The notes under the pieces are model-generated. The model saw only the letters and a list, made by a program, of their open reading frames with translations, was not told the DNA's origin and ran no database searches. Position numbers and translations under genes: made by a program. From Malacoraja senta (taxonomy: Eukaryota): a stretch of DNA of 64,000 bases. Position 1 is the stretch's first letter; every line of letters begins with the position of its first letter. Positions 24,307 to 37,069 of this stretch are shown here, piece by piece. Location: contig CM075992.1 in NCBI GenBank assembly GCA_038087875.1, positions 12,030,001-12,094,000 on the forward strand, in the 5' to 3' direction.

Positions 24307-27300
24307 TAGTAAGATTAAATGAGAACTTACCAGTTTGAAGTTTGATCTTGATTTTATGAAGAGTTACAATGAGCGATTACGTGAAGGCCGTTAGACCGCA
24401 TGCACGTCAATCTTCAAAGCAGCGGTGTGCAATCTCAGATAAGAGTAGTTGAGCTGAAGATAGTAAGATTTGGAGAACTAGAACTTCCAGATGACCTTGA
24501 TCTGGATGAGGGTTGGGAGCGGTGGGCACGTAATCGATCATCGTAACTTCTCATACTAGTAAACTGTTAAGTTCTCATTTAATCTTACTATTTTACTTCG
24601 GAGTCACGTGAGTGACTACGTGAAGATTTCAAAGCTCTGTGATTTCATGCCGGAAACAAGTCCATGCGTTACACACTGCATGAAGTGAGCATGGATGCGT
24701 GAAAAAGATTAATGCATTCAGACATGACTTAGTTTGTTGTGCTGATGCTTCTATCATCAAAAGAAAATAATAGTGACCCCTTCATCCAGGGGAAAACTAT
24801 AAAACAGAATCTAAAATGGAGTTGGCAAATACCCCCGGTTTGGCAATGGGTTATATAAAATGTTGGTAAAGTATGTTCGTTTGACCATCCTGCAGCTGCT
24901 ACGATGTGGTCCAGTGGAACGTACATAATCCTTGGAGCTGATGTGGTAGCAGCCCTGGTGGAGCGAGTGTTGAAAATATTAGTATCGACTCATGCATTAC
25001 CCAAAACCCCATTTTAACCACCTGGAGATGGTAGAACTAATACTTCTTATGAATGTTTTTGTAACTAACAAACATTGCTTAGTTTGGAGCCTTTGAGGCT
25101 TTAGGTGACCTAGACGTATTGTTGTTAATGTGTGACCACACATTACCGAAGGTCCATAGGGTATGCCATGAAACTAGTTTGAGACCTAATGCCCCTGGTT
25201 ACTTCTGGTTGATTAAATCAAAAACATAAAATATTATGTTATTAGCAGATGTAACCATCCTGTCCAGTCGCAATTTATGTAGTGACTGGACCCATTGCAC
25301 TGAGGCCAGTGCCATGAGGATTACTACCTTATGGGAGCTGGCTAAAGATAAGGATGTAGGGGGAGCCCCCTGGTGAAGTAATGTTAACATAACGTCAATG
25401 TCCCGTACTTCCGTGATAACTGGGCCTGGGACAACTTGTGTTAAAGATATCCTATATAATTCTGGATATCAGAGGGTGAGACCCGACAGTGTGGGTCCCA
25501 CTTGTTGCAGCAAATATGATCAGAAGGCACGTTGGCACAGTTAATGGTACTGTAACTTAATTATTGTCAAAGACCCATTTGAAAATGAACTCTAAGACGT
25601 CAGTTATCCGTGCTGTACTGTATGTAACATGTGTATTCAAACAAAAACGTTTCCCATCTGCTGAAGTGGAAATGTACTGCCTTTTGGTGCTTTCCCTGCA
25701 TTCTGCAGTGAGCACGACATGGATCGGTCTGACAACCCGAGCTGCAGGAATAGTCGTCTCAGAGTCTGCAAGTCAATGATTTGATGTATCATGCAGAGGC
25801 TGGTTTCCCGAGTCACAGGTTGAACCAGCAAAGTTTTATGTTTTGAATAAGCATATAAGGTTCTATATTATTCCCAACATTAGCGGGAACCATGGCTGCG
25901 TATGCCAGTCAGGCAGTTCGAAAAGCCTGAAGCGGTATCTTGCTGGATTTATTGCAAGACCCGACTGATGAGGCAGAATGGAGGAAAGACATGCAAGAAC
26001 ATTCCTCCCCAGTGTGGCGATAATGTATCTCTCGCCACTGTATGCCACTTATTTTGCAACTGGTAAATGAGCCTGGATGTAAACATATTGATATTCGGTG
26101 TTCCATTGAGCCAAAATGACATTAAATACTTTGTGATCCAACATCCATTCTGTGTTGTCATTGATTTCATGTGATGATACAATAGCATCAAATGAGGTTA
26201 GGTAAATATCACAGGATACTTTAACTTGATTGCACCCATGTGACTAACATATGTCACCATCATAGTGTATCAACTTGGAGTTGAGCATGCAGATTATGAA
26301 CATTCTCACAATAACCTTTAACCTATAGAATGCACCTAGTGTTGAAAGGTAGTTGATACCAATAACTGAAAAATTAGTAACTCATGCAATCCGCATCCGC
26401 CTCCGTAACTGGAGATGTCATTCGTAACTTCTCATCTTTGAGCACTAGCATCAGTTTGTAATTACTGAAGATTACTGACCAAAAATACTGGAGCAATGCT
26501 GAATACTGCCACCATTGTGACTTTGGTAGCTTCAGCTGGTAATAGCATAGATCTATTAATAATGACCTATATGGTACTTGAGAAGTTAATTCTTTGCACG
26601 CTGTAAGTTCTGGTAATGCAAAGGCCCAAGTTACACACCTGAAACACAGCGGCTATATTGCCAATTACACTTGATGAATAGAAGGCTGCTTCATAACCAC
26701 GCGGTTGTTACAGGCTTCTGTTAATTGCATCTCTTGCCCCAGGGCGGAGTCCCTGTTAAGTTGATCGTTAAATGTAAATCCCAATAATCAATAGTTCTAA
26801 TTGGTATTAACTTAAATTTAACTGGATGGATGAGAGACCCCAATTTCTCCAATATAGTTTGAGCCTGAAACAGTTAATTTTAGTAAAATACAGCGTTTAA
26901 AACATCATCCAGATAGGCGTTAACAAATGTTCTTGAGCTCTGAGCAGCCCAAGCACCGGTTTTGGTAATTTGGTAAATAAACCTGGGAGCTGAAGTTAGC
27001 CCATTTTGCAACGCATTAACTGTTATCATTGACCCATCCAGATAAATTTCAGAGAACCCCGGTGATCCCTGTGAACGGGAACTGAATAGCATGCATCTTT
27101 GAGATCGATGCTTGCCATATAGCTCCTATAGAAATCAATTGTTAGACAGTAACGAAGTTTACTATTCTGAAAGTCTATACTGCACATATGAGATAAATCT
27201 GGATGAAGTGACATCCTCCATCTGTCAACCTGTCCTAAAATGCAATCCAGCCCAAAATACTGGGCCTGCCTCGAAAGACAACTCCGGCCCCAATTCCAAG

Positions 27301-29141
27301 CCTGCTTGGAACCTATGTATGTTGTGCAGTATGAAGTAATCACATGTTATCATCAGTTTTTATAAACCAGATCTGAATCTCATGTTATCATTGTCACTTG
27401 TACAAAAAACACAAGTGTAAATATTACAAACATGTAAATGGTCCACAACCCCATTTCAGAAGAACCAGAACCACCTACCTCCATGGCTACCGGTGGTCTT
27501 ATGGTAAGCCCAAAGGCCGCTGATGTGGGTTCTTTTTCCCCTCCTTGATTGGAGAGTAGGACTGGTAGGGTGCATGCCATATTTCCCCTGAGCTTGGGCC
27601 TTGGTCTGAAAACCTCATCATACTGAGCCTGCCTCATAAGACAACTCTGGCCATAATTTTGAGCCTGCCTTGAAAGACAACTCTGGCCATATTTCCGTGC
27701 CCAGCTTTCAAGCTGCCACCGGCTTCAGTGAACCACTTACCCCCGATGGAGGCATGGGGCGTGTCGCCGCCTACCGATGAAGCTTTGCTCGTCGTCGATA
27801 CCTTGATTAGTCCGACAGCTTTTTGCTTCCTCCTCCTGGTCTTACCTGTGGGATAAGTCTTACCTGAAGAGAGGATTCGGCGGCTGGTTTCATTTCCTGG
27901 ATTTCATGCCCTCCAATGTCACCCTGATAGCGCTGTTCACTTGCTGGCACTTGTAGCGTGAGAGAACTCTGGCCCCTTGTGGGTATTCTGCCAACAGCTG
28001 GAGACCAACTCTTCCGGCAGCAACACATTCGTTTGCGAGTATCTCTTGAAGCCATATGCATGTGCTCCAGGGTACACAAAAATGCTGGAGAAACTCAGCG
28101 GGTGCAGCAGCATCTATGGAGCGAAGGAAATAGGTAACGTTTCGGGCCGAAACCCTTCTTATGTTCCATGTATGTTCCATGGATACACTTCGAATTTGAA
28201 GTCAGTTACATACTGACCACTTGCACTCCCCTCCACAGAGAGGGAGATTCGTAGGCAGCCCTGAAAACAGGTGCTGCCGCAGGCCCCTGACCATATCTGC
28301 GCTGACATGGCCCCTCCAGCGGAACGATATCATGTTTTTTGCTCTGGGTCAGACTAAAACTGACCCTGAATTCTCCCCTCCTCAGAGAGGGAGACATTGT
28401 GCAGCCCTGAAACAGGTGCCGCTGCCTGCGGATTCTCCTTGATACCCAAGCTGATAACTCCCACCTTTGGAGTATTTCCTTATGGAACACCTCTCCATCA
28501 GGTGCTCCATGTGGGTTTGAACGTTCAAAGACGTTACCCATGAAGGAGGGGATCCTCTCCATCAGGAATCCTCCTGGCCCGACTCGTTTGACTCAACGGG
28601 CCTCTTCCCTACGCTCCCCTCCTCAGAGAGGGAGATATAATATCGTGGCTACCCTCCAAGTGGGGTTGCCTAGGTGCTCCTGGCCCGACTTGTTTGAATG
28701 AACGGGCCTCTTCCCTCCGCTCCCCTCCGCAGAGAGGGAGATATAATTTAGTGGCTAACCCTCCAAACGGGGTTGCCTAGGTGCTACCGGCACCAGTCTG
28801 ATGCCGCTGGCTCCACCGCCAGCGACTGGAAAGGCGAATTTGAACCGCCGCCCGCTACTCCCACTTCCGCGGTCTCCTGGGTGGGTTCCCCGCGGTCCGT
28901 TTCCGTGATTCCCCGAGGTCATGACCCGAATCCAGCAGGCAAACTCTGTAAAGAGTTTCCTGCAATAAAAAAACAACCCTAGAAGTAAGTTTAAAACTTA
29001 CCTTGTATGTTTAAACTTACCGCTGGACAGAGCAAACGCTGCCGCCAGTCGGCTCGTTTGCGCAAAGTGAGTCAATGTAATGACGCGCATGCAGGCTAAC
29101 GGCCTTCACGTAGTCACTCACGTGACTCCGAAGTAAAATAG
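24307..29141 (-). mobile_element. DIRS1-type tyrosine-recombinase retrotransposon with complete terminal structure and decayed ORFs
   Basis: RT: YMASIDLKDACYSVPV, LQNGLTSAPR, AYLDDVL (about 26880-27150). DIRS methyltransferase-like domain: MFTSRL...VFPPFCLISRVL, PDWHTQPWFP (about 25860-26150). YR: STRAATTS...LDHIVAAAGWSNEHTLPTFY (about 24850-25400). ITRs 24378-24409 and 29081-29112; ICR about 24527-24625 complementary to both termini. Confidence 0.92.
28071..28160 (-). mobile_element. Penelope-derived short fragment inserted in the DIRS gag region
   Basis: cacaaaaatgctggagaaactcagcggg...gtaacgtttcgggccgaaacccttctt. Confidence 0.75.
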
Positions 29142-32100
29142 ACATAGAAACATAGAAACATAGAAAATAGGTGCAGGAGTAGGCCATTCGGCCCTTCGAG
29201 CCTGCACCGCCATTCAATATGATCATGGCTGATCATCCAACTCAGTATCCTGTACCTGCCTTCTCTCCATACCCCCTGATCCCTTTAGCCACAATGGCCA
29301 CATCTAACTCCCTCTTAAATATAGCCAATGAACTGGCCTCAACTACGTTCTGAGGCAGAACATTCCACAGATTCACCACTCTCTGTGTGAGAAATGTTTT
29401 TCTCATCTCGGTCCTAAAACCATTATCCTTAAACTGTGACCCCATTTTCTGGACTTCCCCAACATCGGGAACAATCTTCCTGCATCTAGCCTGTCCAACC
29501 CCTTAAGAATTTTGTAAGTTTCTATAAGAACCCCCTTCAATCTTCTAAATTCTAGCGAGTACAAGCCAAGTCTATCCAGTCTTTCTTCATATGAAAGTCC
29601 TGCCATCCCAGGAATCAGTCTGGTGAACCTTTTCTGTACTCCCTCTATGGGAAGAATGTCTTTCCTCAGATTAGGAGACCAAAACGGTACACAATACTCC
29701 AGGTGTGGTCTCACCAAGGCCCTGTACAACTGCAGTAGAACCTCCCTGCTCCTATACTCAAATCCTTTTGCAATGAATGCTAACATACCATTCACTTTCT
29801 TCACTGCCTACTGCACCTGCATGCCTACTTTCAATGACTGTTGTACCATGACACCCAGGTCTCGCTGCATCTCCCCTTTTCCTAATCGGCCACCATTCAG
29901 ATAACAGTCTACTTTCCTGTTCTTGCCACCAAAGTGGATAACCTCACATTTATCCACATTATATTGCATCTGCCATGCATTTGCCCACTCACAGAACCTA
30001 TCCAATTCACCTTGCAGCCTCCTCGCATCCTCCTGATAGCTAACACTGCCCCCCAGCTTTGTGTCATCCGCAAACATGGAGATGTTGCATTCAATTCCCT
30101 CGTCCAAATCATTAATATATATTGTAAATAGCTGGGGTCCCAGTACAGAACCTTGCGGTACGCCACTAGTCACTGCCTGCCATTCTGAAAAGGACCCGTT
30201 TACTCCTACTCTTTGCTTCCTGTCTGCCAGCCAGTTCTCTATCCACATCAATACTGAACCCCCAATACCGTGTGCTTTAAGTTTGCATACTAATGTGGGA
30301 CCTTGTCGAAAGCCTTCTGAAAGTCCAGATATAACACATCCACTGGTTCTCCCTTATCCACTCTACTAGTTACATCCTCAAAAAATTATATAAGATTCGT
30401 CAGACATGATTTACCTTTCATAAATCCATGCTGACTTTGTCCAATGATTTCACCACTTTCCAAATGTGCTGCTATCCCATCTTTAATAACTGACTAGCAT
30501 TTTTTCCCACTACTGATGTTAGACCAACTGGTCTGTAATTCCCAGTTTTCTCTCTCCCTTCCTTTTTAAAAAGTGGGGTTACATGAGCTACCCTCCAATC
30601 CTCAGGAACTACTCCAGAATCAAAAGTGTTTTGAAAAATTATCACTAATGCATCCACTATTACTGGGGCTACTTCCTTAAGTACTCTGGGATGCAGCCTA
30701 TCTGGCCCTGGGGATTTATCGGCCTTTAATCCATTCAATTTACCCAACACCACTTCCCGACTAACCTGGATTTCACTCAATTCCTCCAACTTCTTTGACC
30801 CGCGGTCCCCTGCTATTTCCGGCAGATTATTTATGTCTTCCTTAGTGAAGACGGAACCAAAGTAGTTATTCAATTGGTCCGCCATATCCTTGTTCCCCAT
30901 GATCAACTCACCTGTTTCTGACTGCAAGGGACCTACATTTGTTTTAACTAATCTCTTTCTTTTCACATATTTATAAAAATTTTGCAGTCAGTTTTTATGT
31001 TCCCTGCCAGTTTTCTTTCATAATCTATTTTTCCTTTCCTAATTAAGCCCTTTGTCCTCCTCTGCTTGTCTCTGAATTTCTCCCAGTCCTCCGGTATGCT
31101 GCTTTTTCTGGCTAATTTGTACGCATCATCCTTCGCTTTGATACCATCCCTGATTTCACTTATTATCCACGGATGCACTACCTTCCCTGATTTATTCTTT
31201 TGCCAAACTGGGATGAACAATTGTTGTAGTTCATCCTTGAAGTCTTTAAATGCCTTCCATTGCATATCCACCGTCAACCCTTTAGGAATCACTTGCCAGT
31301 CTATCTTGGCCAATTCACGTCTCATACCCTCAAAGTTACCTTTCTTTAAGTTCAGAACCCTTGTTTCTGAATTAACTATGTCACTCTCCATTCTAATGAA
31401 GAACTTAACCATATTATGGTCACTCTTGCTCAATGGGCCATGCACAACAAGACTGCTAACTAACCCTTCCCGATTACTCAATACCCAGTCTAGAATAGCC
31501 TGCTCTCTCGTTGGTTCCTCTACATGTTGGTTTAGAAAACCATCCCGCATACATTCCAAGAAATCCTCTTCCTCAGCCCCCCTGCCAATTTGATTCACCC
31601 AATCTATATGTAGACAGAAGTCACCCATTATAACTGTTTTACCTGTGTTGCACGCATTTCTAATTTCCTGTGTGATGCCATCCCCAACTCCACTACTACT
31701 GTTAGGTGGCCTGTACACAACTCTCACTAGCGTTTTCTGCCCCTTAGTGTTTCACAGCTCTACCCATATCGATTCCACATCCTCCAAGCTAATGTCCTTC
31801 CTTTCTATTGTGTTAATCTCCTCTCTAACCAGCAACGCTACCCCACCTCCTTTTCCTTTCTGTCTATCCCTCCTGAATATTGAATATCCCTGGATGTTTA
31901 GCTCCCAGCCTTGGTCACCCTGGAGCCATGTCTCCGTGATCCCAACTATATCATATTCATTAATAACTATCTGCACATTCAACTCATCCACCTTATTACG
32001 AATGCTCCTTGCATTGAGAAACAACGCCTTCAGGCTTGTTTTTACAACACTCTTACCCCTTATACAATTATGTTGATAAGTGGCCCTTTTTGATTTTTGC

Positions 32101-32236
32101 CCTGGATTTGTCTGCCTGCCACTTTTACTTTTCACCTTGCTACCTATTGCTTCTACCCTCATTTTACACCCCTCTGTCTCACTGCTCATGCTCCCATCCC
32201 CCTGCCATATTAGTTTAAATCCTCCCCGACAGCACT
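29142..32236 (-). mobile_element. CR1 LINE with near full-length ORF2 (APE + RT), frameshifted
   Basis: LFLNARSIRNKVDEL..IVGITETWL, GVPQGSVLGP, FADDTKLGG; tail reads (CATAGAAA)n on the plus strand at 29142-29165. Confidence 0.95.
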
Positions 32237-32558
32237 GTTCCCCTGGTCCACTCCTTTCATCCCACCAGCTTCCACATCCATATTTCTCTGACATTTCCAC
32301 CACCTCCAATGTGATCCCATGTAGTTACATCTTCCCATCTCCACCCCTTTCTGCCTTCCACAGAGACAGCTCCCTCTTCTATTCCTTGGGTAACTCATCC
32401 CTTCCCACCCAAATCACCCGCTTCCCAGGTACCTTCCCCTGTAACCGCAGGAGATGTAACAGCTGTCCCTGTAGCTCTTCCTCACATCAACCCAGGACCC
32501 CAGCAATCCTTCCAGTTGAGATGAAGTTGAGTCACGTAACCAACCTCATCTTCTGTGT

Positions 32559-32711
32559 GTAGGAAGGAACTGCAGATGCTGATTTGAACTGAAGATATAC
32601 ACAAAAACATCATCTATTTCTTCTCTCCAAAGATGCTGCCTGTCCCGCTGATTTACTCCAGCATTTTGTGTCTACCTTCGATTTAAACCAGCATCTGCAG
32701 TTCTTTCCTAC
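32559..32711. mobile_element. Chimeric palindromic Penelope-derived element at the duplication junction
   Basis: Left flank ctcatcttctgtgt is the TSD of the 35328 copy; right flank acaaagagtcaacagc is the TSD of the 15354 copy. Confidence 0.85.
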
Positions 32712-34789
32712 ACAAAGAGTCAACAGCTTCAGGTTCCTGGACGTGTGTATCTGTGAAGGCCTGTCCTGGGCCCAGTGTATTGATGCATCACAAAGAAAAC
32801 TCATCATTGTCTTTACTTCCTCAGTAGATTGAAGAGATTCCCTATGTTGAATACTTTTTTGAATTCTCTTCTATGGCAGAGAGCACTCTAACATGGAGTT
32901 ATAGAGTCATACAACATGGAAACAGGTCCTTCGGCCCAATAGCATATTCCAACCAACTTGCCTCATTTGCACTAGTCCCATGAGCCAGTGATAATAGAAA
33001 ATAGACAATAGACAGTAGGTGCAGGAGTAGGCCATTCGGCCCTTTGAGCCAGCACCACCATTCAGTGTGATCATGGCTGATCATCGACAATAAGTACCCT
33101 GTTCCTGCCTTCTCCCCATATCCCCTGACTCCGCTATTTTCAAGGGCCCTATCTAGCTCTCTCTTGAAAGTATTCAGCGAACTGGCCTCCACCGCCCTCT
33201 GAGGCAGAGAATTCCACACTCACAACTCTCTGTGTGAAAAAGTGTTTCCTTATCTCCGTTCTAAATGTCTTACCCCTTATTCTTAAACTGTGGCCCCTGG
33301 TTCTGGACTCCCCCAACATCAGGAACATGTTTCCTGCCTCTAACATGTCCAATCCTTGAATAATCTTATATGTTTCAATAAGATCCCTTCTCATCCTTCT
33401 AAATTCCAGAGTGTACAAGCACAGATGCTCCATTCTATCAACATTTGACAGTTTCGCCATCCCGGGAATTAACCTGGTGAACCTACGCTGCACTCCCTCA
33501 ATAGCAAGAATGTCCTTTCTCAAATTTGGAGACCAAAACTGCACACACTACGCCAGGCGTGGTCTCACTAGGGCCCTGTACCACTGCAGAAGGACCTCTT
33601 TGCTCCTATACTCAACTCCTCTTGTTATGAAGGCCAACATGCCATTCGCTTTCTTCACTGCCTGCTGTACCTGCATGCTTACTTTCAGTGACTGATGAAC
33701 AAGGACCCCCAGATCCCATTGTACTTTCGCTTTTCTGAACTTGACACCATTTAGGTAATAATCTGTCTTCCTGTTTTTGCCACTTCACCCTCCTCTAAAT
33801 CTTTCCCTTCCATGGCATACAAATGTAGTTAAGTTTCCTGCCAACTCACTGGCCTTCCCTATTTCTACAGCTGAGTTGGTTTGTGCGCACGTATGGTTTT
33901 CACCAGTTCTACACTGACAGCTCTATATCTATGGTCTATTTTGAGAAACAGAGAAAGTGATGTTATCATGCTGGGTCGACCAAACCATACACTAAATAAA
34001 ACTTGCTACTTACTGTATAATCTTACAGATCACTTCGAGAATGCAGAAAAAAGGAAATAACAAGATGTACTGAACCAGATCCTTTTATGATTCAGCATGT
34101 TGCAGAAGGACAACACATATCTTCATATATGTAGTACTGCTGATGTATAGAAACATCTCTGAATCACTCACAGTAGAATGAAAGAAGTTCAACAATGTTT
34201 CTCACAGATCTTGGGACAGTTCAAGTCATGGAGTCGTTGAGTCGTACAGCACGGAAACTGGCCCTTCAGCCCAACTTGCCCATGACGACCCAGATGCCCT
34301 ATCTGCACTTGTCTCACTTGCTCACGTTTGGTCCATATCCCTCGAAACCTTTCCTATCCAGGTATCTGTCTAAACTTTGTTCAAATGCTGTTCCAGTATC
34401 TGCCTCAACTACCCCTCTGGCAGTCCAGTCCGCTCCATATATCTACCTCCGTCTGTATGAAAAATTTGCCTTCCAGATTCCTATTAAATGCCCTCGAATC
34501 TGAAAATGATGTCCTCTGTTTTTTGATTCCACTACTCTGGGGAAAAGACTCTGTGTATTCACCTCTATTTCCCCCATGGTCCATAAGATCACCCCTCAGC
34601 CTCCTGCGTTCCAAGGATTAAAACCCGAGCCTGCCTAAATTCCCTCCATAGCTCAGACCTCCAAGTCCTGGCATCATCCTTGTAAATCCTCTCTGCACTC
34701 TTTCCACCTAAACGACATCAAACCTATGGCAACAAAAACTGAACACAACTCTCCAAATGTGGCCACACGAACATCTTGTACAATTGTAA

Positions 34790-35615
34790 TATAGACACTG
34801 TCCCCTACTGACAATTTCTCTCTAAATCAGCTCCAAAGAGGAGGCTTTCCATCCTAGGACATCCGAGATGTCCTCTTTCTGTAGTAAATGTGGATTCCTC
34901 CTGCTGTCATAGACAGATCCCTCACCTGCGCCTCCTCAGTTTCCAGTAGTTTTGCTCTTCCCACTCCTTCTCCCCAGACTGAACAAGAATAGAGTTTCCC
35001 TGGTCCTCACCTTTCACCCCCTACCCCCAGCTTCCACATCCAACACTTATTTCTCTGACATTTCCATCACCTCCAATGTGATCCCATGTAGTTACATCTT
35101 CCCATCTCCACCCCTTTCTGCCTTCCACAGAGACAGCTCCCTCTTCTATTCCTTGGTTCACTCATCCCTTCCCACCACAAATCACCCGCTTCCCAGGTAC
35201 CTTCCCCTGTAACCGCAGGAGATGTAACACCTGTCCCTAAAGCTCTTCCCTCACATCAACCCAGGACCCCAGCAATCCTTCCAGTTGAGATGAAGTTGAG
35301 TCACGTGACCAACCTCATCTTCTGTGTGTAGGAAGGAACTGCAGATGCTGGTTTGAACCGAAGATATACACAAAAACATCACCTATTTCTTCTCTCGACA
35401 GATCCTGCCTGTCCCGCTGAGTTACTCCTGCTTTTTGTGTCTCATCCTCTGTGTTCCAGATGTTGCCTCCTTTACATCGGCGAGACCAAGTGTAGAATCG
35501 GCCGACTGTTTCGCTGAACACTTGCGCTCGTACTAAACCATGGACTACTGGATTTCCCAGTTGCTAACCATTCCTGTTCCTACACTGACCTTTCTGCCCT
35601 GGGCCTCCTCTTTCG
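34790..35615 (+). mobile_element. Decayed Penelope-like element (RT thumb, Cys linker, GIY-YIG) with a nested hairpin element at 35328-35440; split duplicate at 24110-24309 and 32237-32558
   Basis: KNRVSLVLTFHP, IFPSPPLSAFHRD, PCNRRRCNTC, LYIGETK motifs; near-perfect 14-bp TSD at 35314-35327 and 35441-35454. Confidence 0.85.
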
Positions 35616-35952
35616 CCATCTGGTTCTTGATTCCCCTATTCTAGATAAAATACTATGTACTCATCCTAATTGAACTCCATTAATCATTCCTTGGTCCACT
35701 TACCCAGCTGATTATTGACAACCTTATTTACTATCTATGATACCATGTATTTTAATGGCATCTTCAAACTTACTAATCATGCCTTTGCATATTCTCATAC
35801 AAATTGTTCTTATAAACTTTTTCAGACAGGTCTCGACCTGAAACGTCACCGATTCCTTCTCTCCAGAGATGCTGCCTGTCCCGCTGAGTTACTCCAGTTT
35901 TTGTGTCTATCTTCCATTTAAACCAGCATCTGCAGTTCCTTCTTACACACTA

Positions 35953-36020
35953 ATGGATTGGTACATTGGGTTGTACACTGGATGATGCACTGGATTATAC
36001 ACTGGGCCATTACACTGTTG
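35953..36020. repeat. Same degenerate 12-13 bp minisatellite
   Basis: attgggttgtac actggatgatgc actggattatac actgggccattac. Confidence 0.7.
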
Positions 36021-36153
36021 GGGCCAAACAGTAGCATGTGTTGAGTGCAGTAATGAACAGTGATGTGGCTCACTGCCCATCCTGGTGTCGTGCACCAAGG
36101 CCTGTTCCTGAGTGAGATCACCGGGAGAAGTGGACACCATTATCTTCACCTAC

Positions 36154-36354
36154 CCGATATTCGGTCTTGTCCACTCCAACGATGATCAGCAGTTCTGCCA
36201 AAAAGAGGCTGATGCACAGGTGAGTGTGGATGGTGGTCCTGATACTTTTAAGGGCCCGACACAGGGTGAAGGTGAGGACTGACAGCGCAAGGCAAACCAG
36301 AGAGACAAGAACGCCGACCAGAGTGATCAAACGCAAATTGTGAGCATCATTCCC
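36154..36354 (-). CDS. ADGRE-like TM1-TM2 exon (201 bp, phase 0-0): GNDAHNLRLITLVGVLVSLVCLALSVLTFTLCRALKSIRTTIHTHLCISLFLAELLIIVGVDKTEYR
   Basis: Acceptor cttttctcctcag, donor gtaggt; secretin/adhesion 7TM motifs; lies within ORF 36118..36444. Confidence 0.92.
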
Positions 36355-36749
36355 CTGAGGAGAAAAGAGCCATTGTAAAAAAGGGCAATGTTTGAGGCAT
36401 TCAGACAGACACATGAACAGTGGGGATGGCTGGTTACAGACCACATGTGGGGGATGGGTGGTTTAAATTGGTATCACGATTGGCACCGACTTTGTGACTG
36501 CAGAACCTGTTTCTGCAGTGTTTTAAATTCTATTTTCATGAATTCCATTCATACAAATTTCATCCTTGAAACCATACCTGAAAAATAGCCAAGGTTAACA
36601 GAAATTAGAATGAATGAATCTTTTCCAGGCTGTAAGTCTGCAACGAGGGTGTATTCAGGTCAGTTCTTGGATTAGGCTAGTTGGAATTTATATTAATGAC
36701 CTGGGGGCGAGGACTCAGTGTCATGTTTGCCGATATGATTATAATAGAT

Positions 36750-37047
36750 TTTAGTTTTGTTTAGAGATACAGCATGGAAACAGGCACTTCGGCCCATCGA
36801 GTCTGCGCCGACCAGCGATGCCCGCACATTAATACCATCCTACACATACTAGCGACAATTTACACTTATACCAAGTATCCAAACCCATGACAATTAACCT
36901 GCAAACCTGTACGGCTTTGTAGTGTGGGAGGAAACCGAAACTCGGAGTAAGCCCACGTGGTCACGGGGAGAACGTACAAACCCCAAACAGACTGCACCCA
37001 TAGTCAGGATCGAACCCGTGTCTCTGGTATCGCTGCACCACTGTGGC
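36750..37047 (-). mobile_element. HE1/V-SINE-type SINE
   Basis: gggttcgatcctgactatgggtgc..gtttgtacgttctccccgtgacc on the minus strand; (TAAAC)-like tail. Confidence 0.85.
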
Positions 37048-37069
37048 ACAGATGAAATAAGATGCTGAA

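Larger units (their letters stand above)
15480..35440 (+). repeat. Tandem segmental duplication: 15480-16690 matches 32624-33842; 19304-19340 + 23205-24309 + 32237-32620 matches 33845-35400; 16817-17015 matches about 35617-35815
   Basis: Colinear matches that include unique non-TE sequence and identical TE junctions. Confidence 0.9.
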
